Below are positions 44,843 to 54,000 of a DNA stretch of 64,000 nt, in pieces. The notes below the pieces were generated by a model. The model searched no databases. It had not been told where the DNA came from and worked only from the letters and a program-made list of their open reading frames with translations. Positions within the stretch are counted from its first letter, which is position 1; each line of letters opens with the position of its first letter. Source of the DNA: an uncultured Pirellulales bacterium (lineage in GTDB: Bacteria; Planctomycetota; Phycisphaerae; Sedimentisphaerales; SM23-30); contig CAZICK010000001.1 in the NCBI GenBank assembly GCA_964537505.1, positions 11,530 through 75,529 of the forward strand. Direction: 5' to 3'. Position numbers and translations under genes: made by a program.

Positions 44843-45561
44843 AAACTGAAAGACAAGTTGGGGTTCTTACCAAAAAGGATATAGAGGATCGACTCGAAAA
44901 ACAGATTTTTGAACCTTCGTCCTTGATAATTACGCCATATCCAAAAGGCATTGATAGCGATTCAATTGACTTAGGGCTTGGAAACCATTTCTTTGTTCCT
45001 CGAGGGCACCGAACACCTTGTTTTGTTCCGGGTCTCACTAATCCTTTGCATTTGTATTCTGAACAATATATTCCGATGGGATATTATCTGGTTCTCCCTG
45101 CCCATCATACTGTTTTGGGATCTACCTTAGAGTATATTAAATTGCCTTCAGATGTTTCTGGTGAAATTCTTACAAAATCTTCCTGGGCACGGACATTTAT
45201 AACTATAGAAACTGCCCCATGGATTCATCCCTTGTACAGAGGTTGCCTAACGTTAGAAATCGCTAACGTTTCCAATACCCCTGTTGTTCTCTATCCTGGA
45301 GTTAAAATTGCTCAATTGGTATTATTGAATACGATGCGTGATATTGCGAAGAAGAATAAAGATGAAATAGAAGGAACCTACTTTGGCCCTGTGCGACCCG
45401 AGCCAGCAATATTAAAGAAACCAAGAGAAGCTCTTTCGGATCTTGGGATAAGTAGAGAAGATGTTACGTATCCCTTGGATGAATATTTTGATCATGAAGA
45501 ATACCAGGAGTATGTTGCTAATTCTTTAAGGGAACAGGGATACAAAGTTGAATCACCTTAG
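44797..45561 (+). CDS. dCTP deaminase / dUTPase-fold protein with about 60-aa C-terminal extension (cassette gene 3)
   Basis: SIDLGLGNHFFV, LVLPAHHTVLGSTLEYIKLPSDVSGEILTKSSWAR and PLYRGCLTLEIANVSNTPVVLYPGVKIAQLVLL align by eye with Dcd family blocks. The start is uncertain (GTG 44797/44800 or TTG 44821). It overlaps the end of gene 2. Confidence 0.75.
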   Translation: MVYEGDRRLANKKKIKTERQVGVLTKKDIEDRLEKQIFEPSSLIITPYPKGIDSDSIDLGLGNHFFVPRGHRTPCFVPGLTNPLHLYSEQYIPMGYYLVLPAHHTVLGSTLEYIKLPSDVSGEILTKSSWARTFITIETAPWIHPLYRGCLTLEIANVSNTPVVLYPGVKIAQLVLLNTMRDIAKKNKDEIEGTYFGPVRPEPAILKKPREALSDLGISREDVTYPLDEYFDHEEYQEYVANSLREQGYKVESP

Positions 45562-46055
45562 CTCTGCAATCACGTTTTCAGGGTTCGGGTAGATGTTAGG
45601 CGGATTCAACTCGTAAGAGCGATGAATGTTAGACGATTGTACAACAATGAGTTGACGCCAAGAAAAAACGTTCGGGGGCTCCAGTTGGGAAATCTCCCGA
45701 TCTTACATCGTGGGCTCGTATATCGACAGGATAAATTGCGGGCATGGCCGAGGCGGCGGAAGATGGATTGGCTATCGCGGCTCTGGGCTTGGCTTCGTGT
45801 CCTGCTTTCGCTGGAATGACAGAGGGGGGCGGGGATGACAGGAAGAGATTGCCGCGTCGCTGCGCAAAATTCGCGTGGGCTAAGAGCCCACTCTACAAAA
45901 CTGAACGGTTACAAAAGTACAATGTCCCCTTTTCTTCCCACAAGACCTATGAAAAATGCAAAATCGCATAAAAAGAACTCTGTAAAGAGGCTACAATCTC
46001 TATAATAATAACAGATCGAGTACAACAGGCAAACCACCGAGCCAGAAAGTCGCGG

Positions 46056-46084
46056 TTGACTTGTTGCAAACATTGCAATATTAT
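46056..46084 (+). promoter_or_regulatory. Candidate sigma70 promoter (TTGACT-17 nt-TATTAT) upstream of the DUF202 gene
   Basis: TTGACT at 46056-46061 and TATTAT at 46079-46084. The spacer contains TTGCAA-ACA-TTGCAA. It lies 42 nt upstream of ATG 46126. Confidence 0.35.
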
Positions 46085-46125
46085 AGCCATAGTTTTCATT
46101 AATGTTCTACGAGAAGGTGAAATGA

Positions 46126-46473
46126 ATGATTAAAAAACCTTATGAACGATTTGAGCAGTCGGAGTTGATTCTGAGAGACGAGTTGGCGATTGATCGCACC
46201 TTATTATCAAATGAACGGACGCTTCTGGCGTACCTGCGGTCCGCAGCGGCCATGATGATTGCAGGCGTGTCGATTATTCATTTCTCAGGTGAGGGTTGGT
46301 TCCGCGCGATAGGCTTTGCATGCATTCCTGGGGCTCTTTTGACTTCGCTGATTGGACTGCTTCGATTCCGGAAGATGGACAAAGCTATTTCAATTGTCCG
46401 AAATCAGTCGAAAAAGAAGTTAACAACCGGTAACGCATCTGTAGGACCAACATATCCAAATGATAAGCAATAA
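46126..46473 (+). CDS. DUF202 (YidH-like) small membrane protein
   Basis: 115 aa. LRDELAIDRTLLSNERTLLAYLRSAAAMMIAGVSI is the DUF202 signature. Confidence 0.8.
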   Translation: MIKKPYERFEQSELILRDELAIDRTLLSNERTLLAYLRSAAAMMIAGVSIIHFSGEGWFRAIGFACIPGALLTSLIGLLRFRKMDKAISIVRNQSKKKLTTGNASVGPTYPNDKQ

Positions 46474-46699
46474 GGCGTATGTATGGAGGGACACCTATTT
46501 TTATCTGATTTGCCTTTGTTTTTTTAGGCATGGGAAAGCTTGGAATTGTCTTTTGTGATTGAGATAATGGGATAGTGGAGACAAGGCCACCACCCCCACG
46601 ACAATTCGTCGCCTTCAACTGGTTATCCCTGGCAGGTTGTACCTGGACAGAGCCTACTTCCGTTTGGCCAGCCGATACTATTCTTGTCGATGGTTCAAT

Positions 46700-46804
46700 T
46701 ACTGAGATAGGCACCTTTTCCACCAGGTGTTGGCGTAAAATCTGAACTTTCTGTTGGGCCGAGAATTTCCTACGGTCGGTCTTCATAGACATCTCCTTTG
46801 GCAA
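46700..46804 (-). pseudogene. Remnant of an IS3-family transposase OrfA (HTH N-terminus only)
   Basis: The first ~35 aa of - strand ORF 46385-46804 read MPKEMSMKTDRRKFSAQQKVQILRQHLVEKVPISV, typical of IS3-family OrfA starts. The rest of the ORF has no transposase character and overlaps the DUF202 gene end. Confidence 0.5.
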
Positions 46805-46910
46805 ATCATAAAGATTAACTAAATTTCAGGAAATGTCCAATTCCGACTGAAGCATCACATCGTGACAGTGAGTGATGGAAGACACAAGGGCGGGAGATAG
46901 ACCCCTGCCT

Positions 46911-47005
46911 TCGCAGGGGTGACAGTTGTTCGCAGGGGTGACAATTGTTCGCAAGGGTGACAATTGTTCGCAGGGGTGACAGTTGTTCGCGGTGGTGACA
47001 ATTGT
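46911..47005. repeat. 5 x 19-bp tandem repeat TCGCAGGGGTGACARTTGT
   Basis: Units at 46911, 46930, 46949, 46968 and 46987. The first unit is continuous with a REP-like hairpin, ACCCCTGCCTTCGCAGGGGT (46901-46920). Confidence 0.9.
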
Positions 47006-47207
47006 TGGGTGGGGGGTGGTTTTTTGATCTTTTGGGTCAGGGGTTTTCGCAAAGGATGCCGGTTTTTTACTGTTTTTAAGGCGAAATAATTGGGAATTAC
47101 CACAGATTTTTGATTTTTCTTAAAGCAGATTTTTTTCTTGCTTTTTCTTTTTAGATCGTGTTACAATGATGGGTTATTGTATATTAGGGGATATGATTGA
47201 GAAGAAT

Positions 47208-49067
47208 ATGAACATAGAAACTATACGGAATGTTGCGATTATCGCCCACGTTGACCATGGCAAGACCACCCTGGTCGATCAGTTGTTGTACCAGTCTGGA
47301 ATGTTCCGCGACGATGACCTTGATAAGCTGGCCGGCGGGCAACACGGTTTGATTATGGATTCCAACCCACTGGAACGAGAGCGTGGGATTACGATACTGA
47401 GTAAGAACTGCGCGGTTCAATATACCAATTCAGAGGGGATTGAATACAAGATTAATATTATCGACACGCCTGGGCACGCCGATTTTGGCGGAGAAGTGGA
47501 ACGTGTGTTGAAGATGGTCGATGGGGTACTGCTGTTGGTGGATGCCTTCGAAGGTCCCATGCCTCAAACTCGTTTCGTGCTGAATAAGGCGATGGGGTAC
47601 AAACTGCGGCCGGTCCTGGTGGTTAACAAGATGGATCGTGCTGACGCCCGGCCCAATGATGTGGTCAATGAGGTTTTCGATCTCCTGGTTCAGTTGAATG
47701 CCGACGATGACACCCTGGACTTTCCGATTATTTACGCCTCGGGCAAAGAAGGGTGGGCAACGACCAACCTCGAAGATCCATGCGACGATATGCGTGCGGT
47801 GTTCGACGCGATCATCAATCATGTTCCATGTCCAGACGTTTCCTGCGATGCACCGGCACAGATGATGGTGGCTTCGCTGGAATATTCGGATTACGTGGGG
47901 CGAATCGCGATCGGTCGGTTAGTGGCAGGGCAATTCACGCAGGGGCAACCGGTTACCGTTATCGACAGGCAAGGGCGACACACTCAACAAAAGATCATGC
48001 AAATCCACCAGTTCTATGGTCTTGGTAAAAAGCAGGTCGAGACGGTCAAAGCCGGTGATATTTGCGCGATATCGGGATTGGACCCGGTAGATATCGGCGA
48101 TACGATATCCTGCCCTGAGAGGCCGAGCCAGCTTCCGATTGTGGCCGTTGACGAACCAACCATGCACACGACGTTCCGTGTCAATGACGGTCCCTTCGCT
48201 GGGCGAGACGGGCGACTCGTAACAAGCCGAAAAATCGGGGAACGGCTGGATAAAGAGCTTCAGCATAACGTCGCGTTAAAGGTCGAGCGTGGCTCAGCGT
48301 CGGATGAGTTCATTGTTTCCGGGAGAGGGCTGATGCACCTTGGGATACTACTGGAAAATATGCGACGCGAAGGTTTTGAACTTTGCGTAGGCAAACCGAA
48401 CGTGATTATCCGGGAGATCGACGGCATACGCCATGAACCGATCGAGCTGTTGGTGGTTGATTGTCCTTTCGACTGCAAGAATTCCGTTATGAGTCTGTTG
48501 GGAGAGAGGCGATGCGCAATTGTACGGATGGACGCCAAAAGCGGGACCAGTGATTTTGTTCACATGGAATTTTTGATTCCGTCGCGTGGGATTTTCGGAC
48601 TGCATGGACGAATGCTCAATGCCACGCAGGGTCGCGCCGTCATGCACCACACTTTTGAGAAATACGAACCCATGCGAGGTTCGATCCCCCAGCGTCAAAG
48701 CGGAGTGATCATCGCCACGCAAATGGGGCATGTTACATCCTATGCTCTTGACGCTTTGTATGATCGCGGTGTATTTTTTGTCAAACCTGGTGACCAGGTT
48801 TTCGAGGGCCAGATTGTAGGCGAACACTGTAAAGATAACGATATTAGTGTCAACATCGTTAAAGCGAAACATCTTACCAACATTCGTGCGGCCGGCAAAG
48901 ACGATTCGGCCAAAGTGCGGCCAATGCGTCAAATGAGCCTGGAAGCAAGCCTGGAATATATACAGGATGACGAACTGGTGGAGATATGCCCGAGTACGAT
49001 TCGGCTGCGTAAACGGATGCTTAAAGAGGCAGATCGACGGCGAGAAACCCGTAAAGGTCACAGTTAG
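47208..49067 (+). CDS. typA: Translational GTPase TypA/BipA
   Basis: [46 protein letters not shown], and the BipA-specific C-terminal domain. ATG 47208 lies within ORF 47166-49067. Confidence 0.95.
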   Translation: MNIETIRNVAIIAHVDHGKTTLVDQLLYQSGMFRDDDLDKLAGGQHGLIMDSNPLERERGITILSKNCAVQYTNSEGIEYKINIIDTPGHADFGGEVERVLKMVDGVLLLVDAFEGPMPQTRFVLNKAMGYKLRPVLVVNKMDRADARPNDVVNEVFDLLVQLNADDDTLDFPIIYASGKEGWATTNLEDPCDDMRAVFDAIINHVPCPDVSCDAPAQMMVASLEYSDYVGRIAIGRLVAGQFTQGQPVTVIDRQGRHTQQKIMQIHQFYGLGKKQVETVKAGDICAISGLDPVDIGDTISCPERPSQLPIVAVDEPTMHTTFRVNDGPFAGRDGRLVTSRKIGERLDKELQHNVALKVERGSASDEFIVSGRGLMHLGILLENMRREGFELCVGKPNVIIREIDGIRHEPIELLVVDCPFDCKNSVMSLLGERRCAIVRMDAKSGTSDFVHMEFLIPSRGIFGLHGRMLNATQGRAVMHHTFEKYEPMRGSIPQRQSGVIIATQMGHVTSYALDALYDRGVFFVKPGDQVFEGQIVGEHCKDNDISVNIVKAKHLTNIRAAGKDDSAKVRPMRQMSLEASLEYIQDDELVEICPSTIRLRKRMLKEADRRRETRKGHS

Positions 49068-49140
49068 GGCCACCCGACGGATGGGGCTACGTTGAGCGTT
49101 GGTGAGGCAAGGCGGGTTGTTCGAACGTGATTGGTATGGT

Positions 49141-49656
49141 TTACCAGTGGTTTTGGTGGATGCGGTCGGTTTTGAAGCGGTTGGATGGTGGTTTGGTTTC
49201 GGCGGGTCGGCCCAGGGCAATCAGCGAAAAAGGTACAGTGTTGTCTGGCATTTGCAGGAGTTTTTTAATGGCGTCGATTCGCTGGGGGCGGGGGTGAATG
49301 CCAAGCCAACAGGCGCCGAGGCCGAGAGCGTGGGCGGCGATGAGGATATTTTGGGTGGCGGCGGCGCAGTCCTGGGTCCAATAGTCAGCGGTTTGGTCCT
49401 TTTCCAAATTGTGGTCGGCGCAAACGCACAGGGCTAATGGCGTCTCCATGAGCATCCGGGCGTAAGGGTGTATTTCGGGGATTTGGTCGAGGATTTGGCG
49501 GTCTTTAATTACGATGAAATGCCAGGGCTGTTCGTTGTGAGCACTTGGGGCGCTCATGGCGGCCTGTAATAACTGTTCGAGCAGATCGTCGGGGATCGGC
49601 TGATCGGTGAACCGGCGGATACTGCGACGGGAAAGAATAGCTGCTAATGCGTCCAT
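49141..49656 (-). CDS. Nitroreductase-family flavoprotein
   Basis: MDALAAILSRRSIRRFTDQPIPDDLLEQLLQAAMSAPSAHNEQPWHFIVI. The start ATG is the reverse complement of 49654-49656, within the longer ORF 49141-49794. Confidence 0.85.
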   Translation of the reverse strand: MDALAAILSRRSIRRFTDQPIPDDLLEQLLQAAMSAPSAHNEQPWHFIVIKDRQILDQIPEIHPYARMLMETPLALCVCADHNLEKDQTADYWTQDCAAATQNILIAAHALGLGACWLGIHPRPQRIDAIKKLLQMPDNTVPFSLIALGRPAETKPPSNRFKTDRIHQNHW

Positions 49657-49900
49657 GGTTTGGCTCCGTTCGATTTTGCGGCTACAAAAAGTCGTGGAAT
49701 AACGCTTGCCGACAGGATAGCCAAGATTTGTTTTTTTTGCAATGATAATTTTGTGGCGGTTGGGGTGGTTCTTTCGGGTGGAATGGCGGTACATGGGCGC
49801 GGGTGGTTCGGCGGATTCGTTCGGTTGGTTTTGCTACAGTGGATTTTGGCAAGTTGCCGATAGAGATACTGTAGGGTTGGGTGTGCGCTGATATTGAAGT

Positions 49901-52900
49901 TTGTACCATGTGGAAGATCGAGAATGGGCATGGGCCAAGCGAAGTCGAAAGGTTTTGATAGTGCATAAAAGGCGCAAGAAGCGGTTTTTTGTCAAAGCGA
50001 CTATTTTATTAGTGCTGGCAGGTGGTGTTATGGTTGGGTGGGGGCCGAGCCTGGTCAAAAGTGAGGCGTTTGGCCAAATATATCAGTACATTATCTATGA
50101 CCGTATTTTGCTGCCTGTTTATTTGACGCTGACGACGCCGGAGGAGAACATCCGCACAACCAGGCTGCCTGTTTATGAGCTTCAGATCAAGGGGAAATAT
50201 ATCGACGAGCTCAATGCCGATATTACCGTTCCGGAGCCGTCGGCCGAGGCGGGACGGCCTTTGGACGATGGTCCGATTAATAAGTTGCCGCCCTCGTGCA
50301 TGGAGTATAAGCCGGCGGTGTTTCGACATAATGGTCTGCGATACAGGGTTCAGGTACGTTATCGTGGAGATAATTATTGCCATTTTCTGGGGCCTGCGAA
50401 ATCGTGGCGTGTCAAGTTCAAGAAGAGCGACCGCTTTGAGAATCAGCGATTGATCAATCTGATCAATCCCAAGCGAAAAACGATGACGACCTCGCATCTG
50501 GGTTACGCGCTGGCAGAGAAGATCGGTCTGCTGGCGCCGCGATCTCATTTGGCGCATTTTGTCGTTAACCGGGCATACGAAGGCGTTTCACTGTTTGTCG
50601 AACAGATTGACGAGTATTTTATGATTAACCACGGCCTGGCTGAAGGCAATATTTACTATGGCGAGCAGAGAGGGATATGGCAGGACCCGAACTTGTGGGA
50701 CAGGCGTGTCATCAGTGCGGAAAACCCGGATAAGAACAGTCCGGATGAGTTGGAGAGGTTTCTGCGTACAATACAGCTTGAGAGCGATGAGGATTTCAAG
50801 CGGGGGATCGGTAAGATTCTCGATGTGGATTACTGGATGAGTGTTTTTTCGCATTCGCTTCTGACGGCTGATTTTCACCGGGATAATTTTCATAATCACA
50901 AGTATTATTATGATCCCACATGCGGTTTGTTCCGAACGATTATCTGGGATCCTTCCGGTTATGGGTGGTCGCAGGAGAACTGCGCTGCGACATCAGATAT
51001 AAAACTGAATATGGCGTCCAATACTCTGAGCGGAAGGATGCTACAAATTCCTGAGTTTGCGGAACGAAAGAATATTCGTCTTTATGAGTTGTTGAGCGGC
51101 GTTTGTTCTCTGAAGGAACGGTTGGCGTATTATGACGAACTGTATAAGTTGATTAAGGAGGATGTGTATTGTGATATGCGTAAAGATTATAACTACGGCG
51201 CACCTGTTCGGCTATACAGCAATCGGGCGTTCGAGGAAAAGATGCGTCATCAGCGGGAATGGATTTGCGTACATACGGAGGAGCTGCTGCGTCAACTGGA
51301 TATTTCGGATTGTCTAATCTGTCCGGATAAGGCGTTTGAGCCGCATCCGGTTGGTAATACGGGTGAAAAGGCGGTTGCCTCTTATTTGTTTTTTAACAGC
51401 GGTGAATGCGGTGTTCGATTGTCAGCCGTTCGTTTGTACCCAACGGTTATGGGAGATCGAGGTGACGATTTACAGATGGGCTCGAAGTCGGATGAGCCAC
51501 GACAAGGTAAAGTCGCAGACTCGAACGCGATTGGTATAATGCCGGCCGAGGGGGTATCGGAAGGTGTTTGCCGGCAATATTGTCTTTATTACGACAGCAA
51601 CAATAATCAGCGGATCGACGCGGCGGATATGCTGCTGGATACTGCCAGCTGGGCGGAAGGCGGGGAGTCGATTTTGTTTTCTTTTGATCAGCCGCTGCTG
51701 CCGGGGCGCAAGAAAGTGCCATCACCAGACACGTTTATAAACAGGAACCGTTATCTGCCCTATAACCTGGTCCATCAGTATGCCTGTCACCGGTTGATGG
51801 TTTCTGTTTCGGGTAATCAAGGGCAGGTGTCGTCTGGAAATGTTCCGGGTGATTATTTTCGTCCCCTTGGCGGGAACGATATCAAGGCGGAAATCGCGGT
51901 GACGGGGCGTGATGTCGCGGTTAAGGCGTCGGCAGCGGGGCCGGGGGAGTATGTGAAAGGCGCTTTGCCTTTCGATGTCGAGGCTGAGTCTCGAATCACG
52001 GGGACGGTTGTCTGGGGGCCGGGCGTTCATCAGGTTGACGAAGATATGATATTGCCGCGGACGACCCAGCTTATTATCAAGCCCGGGAGTACGGTGCAAT
52101 TCGGGCCGGGCGCGTCGTTGCTCTGTTATGGTCCGGTGCTGGCGGAAGGTTCGGCGCAAGACCCTATTATTGTCTGCGCGGCTCAACAGGATAAGCCCTG
52201 GGGAGTGTTTGCGTTGCAGGGTAAGGGTGCGAGTGATAGTCGATTCGTTCATTGCCGTTTCAGCCAGGGTCGCGATGACTGGCTGGATAACGTATTTTAT
52301 TCCGGGATGCTCTGTGCCTATAACTGTGATGTGACAATTGAGAATTGTCTTATCACCAAGGCATACGGCGATGACGGCGTTAATTTCAAATTCTCGGACA
52401 ACGGTTCGGTTCGGCAGACGGTTTTTCGCGACAATAGCGCCGATGCTCTTGACCTGGATTTTTCCGACTGCCTGGTCGAAGACTGCCGATTTGTCGATAA
52501 CGCTAATGACGGGATCGATATAGGCAGTTCGTCGGCGACGATTCGTAATAACACGATTATCGGCTGCGGAGATAAGGGGATTTCGGCGGGCGAGATGTCG
52601 CGTCCCCATATATACAACAACACTATCAGAAACAACAATGTGGCGGTCGCTTCGAAAGACATGTCCCGGTTAGTGCTGGTCAATAATATGCTTATAGACA
52701 ACAATACCGCTATCGTGTGCTATCAGAAGAAGGCTAAATTCGGTCCGTCAGCTATTGAGTTGACCAATTGTGTAATTACGGGCAACAAAACGGCGCTTTC
52801 GGCTGATATGAATTCTTCCATCAACATACATCGCTGCCAATTGCCGAGCGGGACAGTTATCAGCCCGCTGCCGGGCGGTATTGCCGAAGACCCTGTCGCG

Positions 52901-53107
52901 CCGACTGAAATGGTGCGGCCTATTACCGGGCCGCTGATGGATATTTCGGATAATTTCGATCAGACGGCCTCGGTGGAAGTTCTGGCTCATGCAGGTGATG
53001 TTGGTATGGTGCGTGAGATTATCGGCGACTATGAGATCGCTACCGCTCCCATAGGTTTACTGAGATATTATGGAAGAAGGCACGAGGCACTAGGCACTAG
53101 GCACTAG
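49901..53107 (+). CDS. CotH-kinase-family protein fused to right-handed parallel beta-helix (PbH1) repeats
   Basis: 1068-aa ORF; the start could be TTG 49901, GTG 49910 or GTG 49961. It has an N-terminal anchor. CotH-like blocks RLINLINPKRKTMTTSHLGYALAEKIGLLAPRSHLAHFVVNRAYEGVSLFVEQIDEYF. The C-terminal third has repeated NNTI.GCGDKGIS / NNTIRNNNVAV / NNMLIDNNTAI turns. Confidence 0.8.
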   Translation: MYHVEDREWAWAKRSRKVLIVHKRRKKRFFVKATILLVLAGGVMVGWGPSLVKSEAFGQIYQYIIYDRILLPVYLTLTTPEENIRTTRLPVYELQIKGKYIDELNADITVPEPSAEAGRPLDDGPINKLPPSCMEYKPAVFRHNGLRYRVQVRYRGDNYCHFLGPAKSWRVKFKKSDRFENQRLINLINPKRKTMTTSHLGYALAEKIGLLAPRSHLAHFVVNRAYEGVSLFVEQIDEYFMINHGLAEGNIYYGEQRGIWQDPNLWDRRVISAENPDKNSPDELERFLRTIQLESDEDFKRGIGKILDVDYWMSVFSHSLLTADFHRDNFHNHKYYYDPTCGLFRTIIWDPSGYGWSQENCAATSDIKLNMASNTLSGRMLQIPEFAERKNIRLYELLSGVCSLKERLAYYDELYKLIKEDVYCDMRKDYNYGAPVRLYSNRAFEEKMRHQREWICVHTEELLRQLDISDCLICPDKAFEPHPVGNTGEKAVASYLFFNSGECGVRLSAVRLYPTVMGDRGDDLQMGSKSDEPRQGKVADSNAIGIMPAEGVSEGVCRQYCLYYDSNNNQRIDAADMLLDTASWAEGGESILFSFDQPLLPGRKKVPSPDTFINRNRYLPYNLVHQYACHRLMVSVSGNQGQVSSGNVPGDYFRPLGGNDIKAEIAVTGRDVAVKASAAGPGEYVKGALPFDVEAESRITGTVVWGPGVHQVDEDMILPRTTQLIIKPGSTVQFGPGASLLCYGPVLAEGSAQDPIIVCAAQQDKPWGVFALQGKGASDSRFVHCRFSQGRDDWLDNVFYSGMLCAYNCDVTIENCLITKAYGDDGVNFKFSDNGSVRQTVFRDNSADALDLDFSDCLVEDCRFVDNANDGIDIGSSSATIRNNTIIGCGDKGISAGEMSRPHIYNNTIRNNNVAVASKDMSRLVLVNNMLIDNNTAIVCYQKKAKFGPSAIELTNCVITGNKTALSADMNSSINIHRCQLPSGTVISPLPGGIAEDPVAPTEMVRPITGPLMDISDNFDQTASVEVLAHAGDVGMVREIIGDYEIATAPIGLLRYYGRRHEALGTRH

Positions 53108-53194
53108 TGGGGAGGAAGAAGAAAGAAATAGTTACGCGTGTTTACCAACTTAGAATGGTCAGTTTGAGTGCCAAGTAAGATATGAGGAATTGGT

Positions 53195-53953
53195 ATGCTG
53201 GCACAACGACACGAATTAAAGTATTTTATTGACGTAGAAACAGCAGCTCAGCTTCGCCTGGACCTTGAGCCTTACATGGCGAAGGATCCGCATTGCGGCG
53301 ATGGTGAGAGTTATATGGTCAATTCTCTTTATTTCGATACTACCGATTTTGAGTTTTTCGCTCGGAAGATCGATGGCCAACGTTATCGTCATAAGATTCG
53401 GCTGCGGACCTATAGCCCGACCACGTGTAATGGTGATTGCGATGGCGGCAATGGCGGTGAGGAGAAGGTTTTTCTGGAGATGAAGAAGAAGCTCAATAAC
53501 TGCATATTCAAAAGCCGTTCGTCGGCGCCGTTGAGTAAAATCCTGCCGTTACTTGAAGACGACGCGAACGCAGATGAAGGGTTTTTCAACGGCCAGACGA
53601 TTTTTCGAGGTGTGGATGACATCATTTATATAGCTAAACAATTTCAGGTGGTCCCGTCGGTTGGGGTGTATTATCGCCGTCGTGCATTGATGGGCAAGCA
53701 AGACGACCGGCTGCGTATCACGTTTGACGAACAGGTTTCGGCGCGTCACCGGCGGCTGGGGCTGGGACTGGATGAAAAGCCCCAGTTGCTGTTCGATCCG
53801 AAACTGGCGATAATGGAGATCAAGGTGAATAACTGGCTGCCACTGTGGCTTGTGCGCATAGTGGAGGAATACAACCTGTCACTACGGTCGATTTCCAAAT
53901 ACTGTTATGCCGTTATGGCACAGAACGCGAACATGCTGGATTCGCGATATTAA
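53195..53953 (+). CDS. VTC-domain (polyphosphate-polymerase-like, CYTH/TTM tunnel fold) protein
   Basis: 252 aa. RHELKYFI start, then YMVNSLYFDT, RHKIRLRTY, FLEMKKK, ITFDEQV and AIMEIKV strands, typical of bacterial VTC-domain proteins. Confidence 0.8.
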   Translation: MLAQRHELKYFIDVETAAQLRLDLEPYMAKDPHCGDGESYMVNSLYFDTTDFEFFARKIDGQRYRHKIRLRTYSPTTCNGDCDGGNGGEEKVFLEMKKKLNNCIFKSRSSAPLSKILPLLEDDANADEGFFNGQTIFRGVDDIIYIAKQFQVVPSVGVYYRRRALMGKQDDRLRITFDEQVSARHRRLGLGLDEKPQLLFDPKLAIMEIKVNNWLPLWLVRIVEEYNLSLRSISKYCYAVMAQNANMLDSRY

Positions 53954-54000
53954 TGATTAGTATGACATTTGAAACTTTTTGAAAGGGAAAGGGAACAATT

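Noticed and set aside
45622-45971. Small + strand ORFs (65 and 75 aa) downstream of the cassette
   Set aside because: They run through REP-like hairpins (…AFAGMTEGGGDDRK… is the translation of the repeat), and they have no RBS. The region is more likely non-coding.
46855-47103. 82-aa - strand ORF (…TTVTPANNCHPCEQLSPLRTTVTPAKAGV…)
   Set aside because: Its periodic sequence is just the translation of the 19-bp tandem repeat and the REP-like hairpin.
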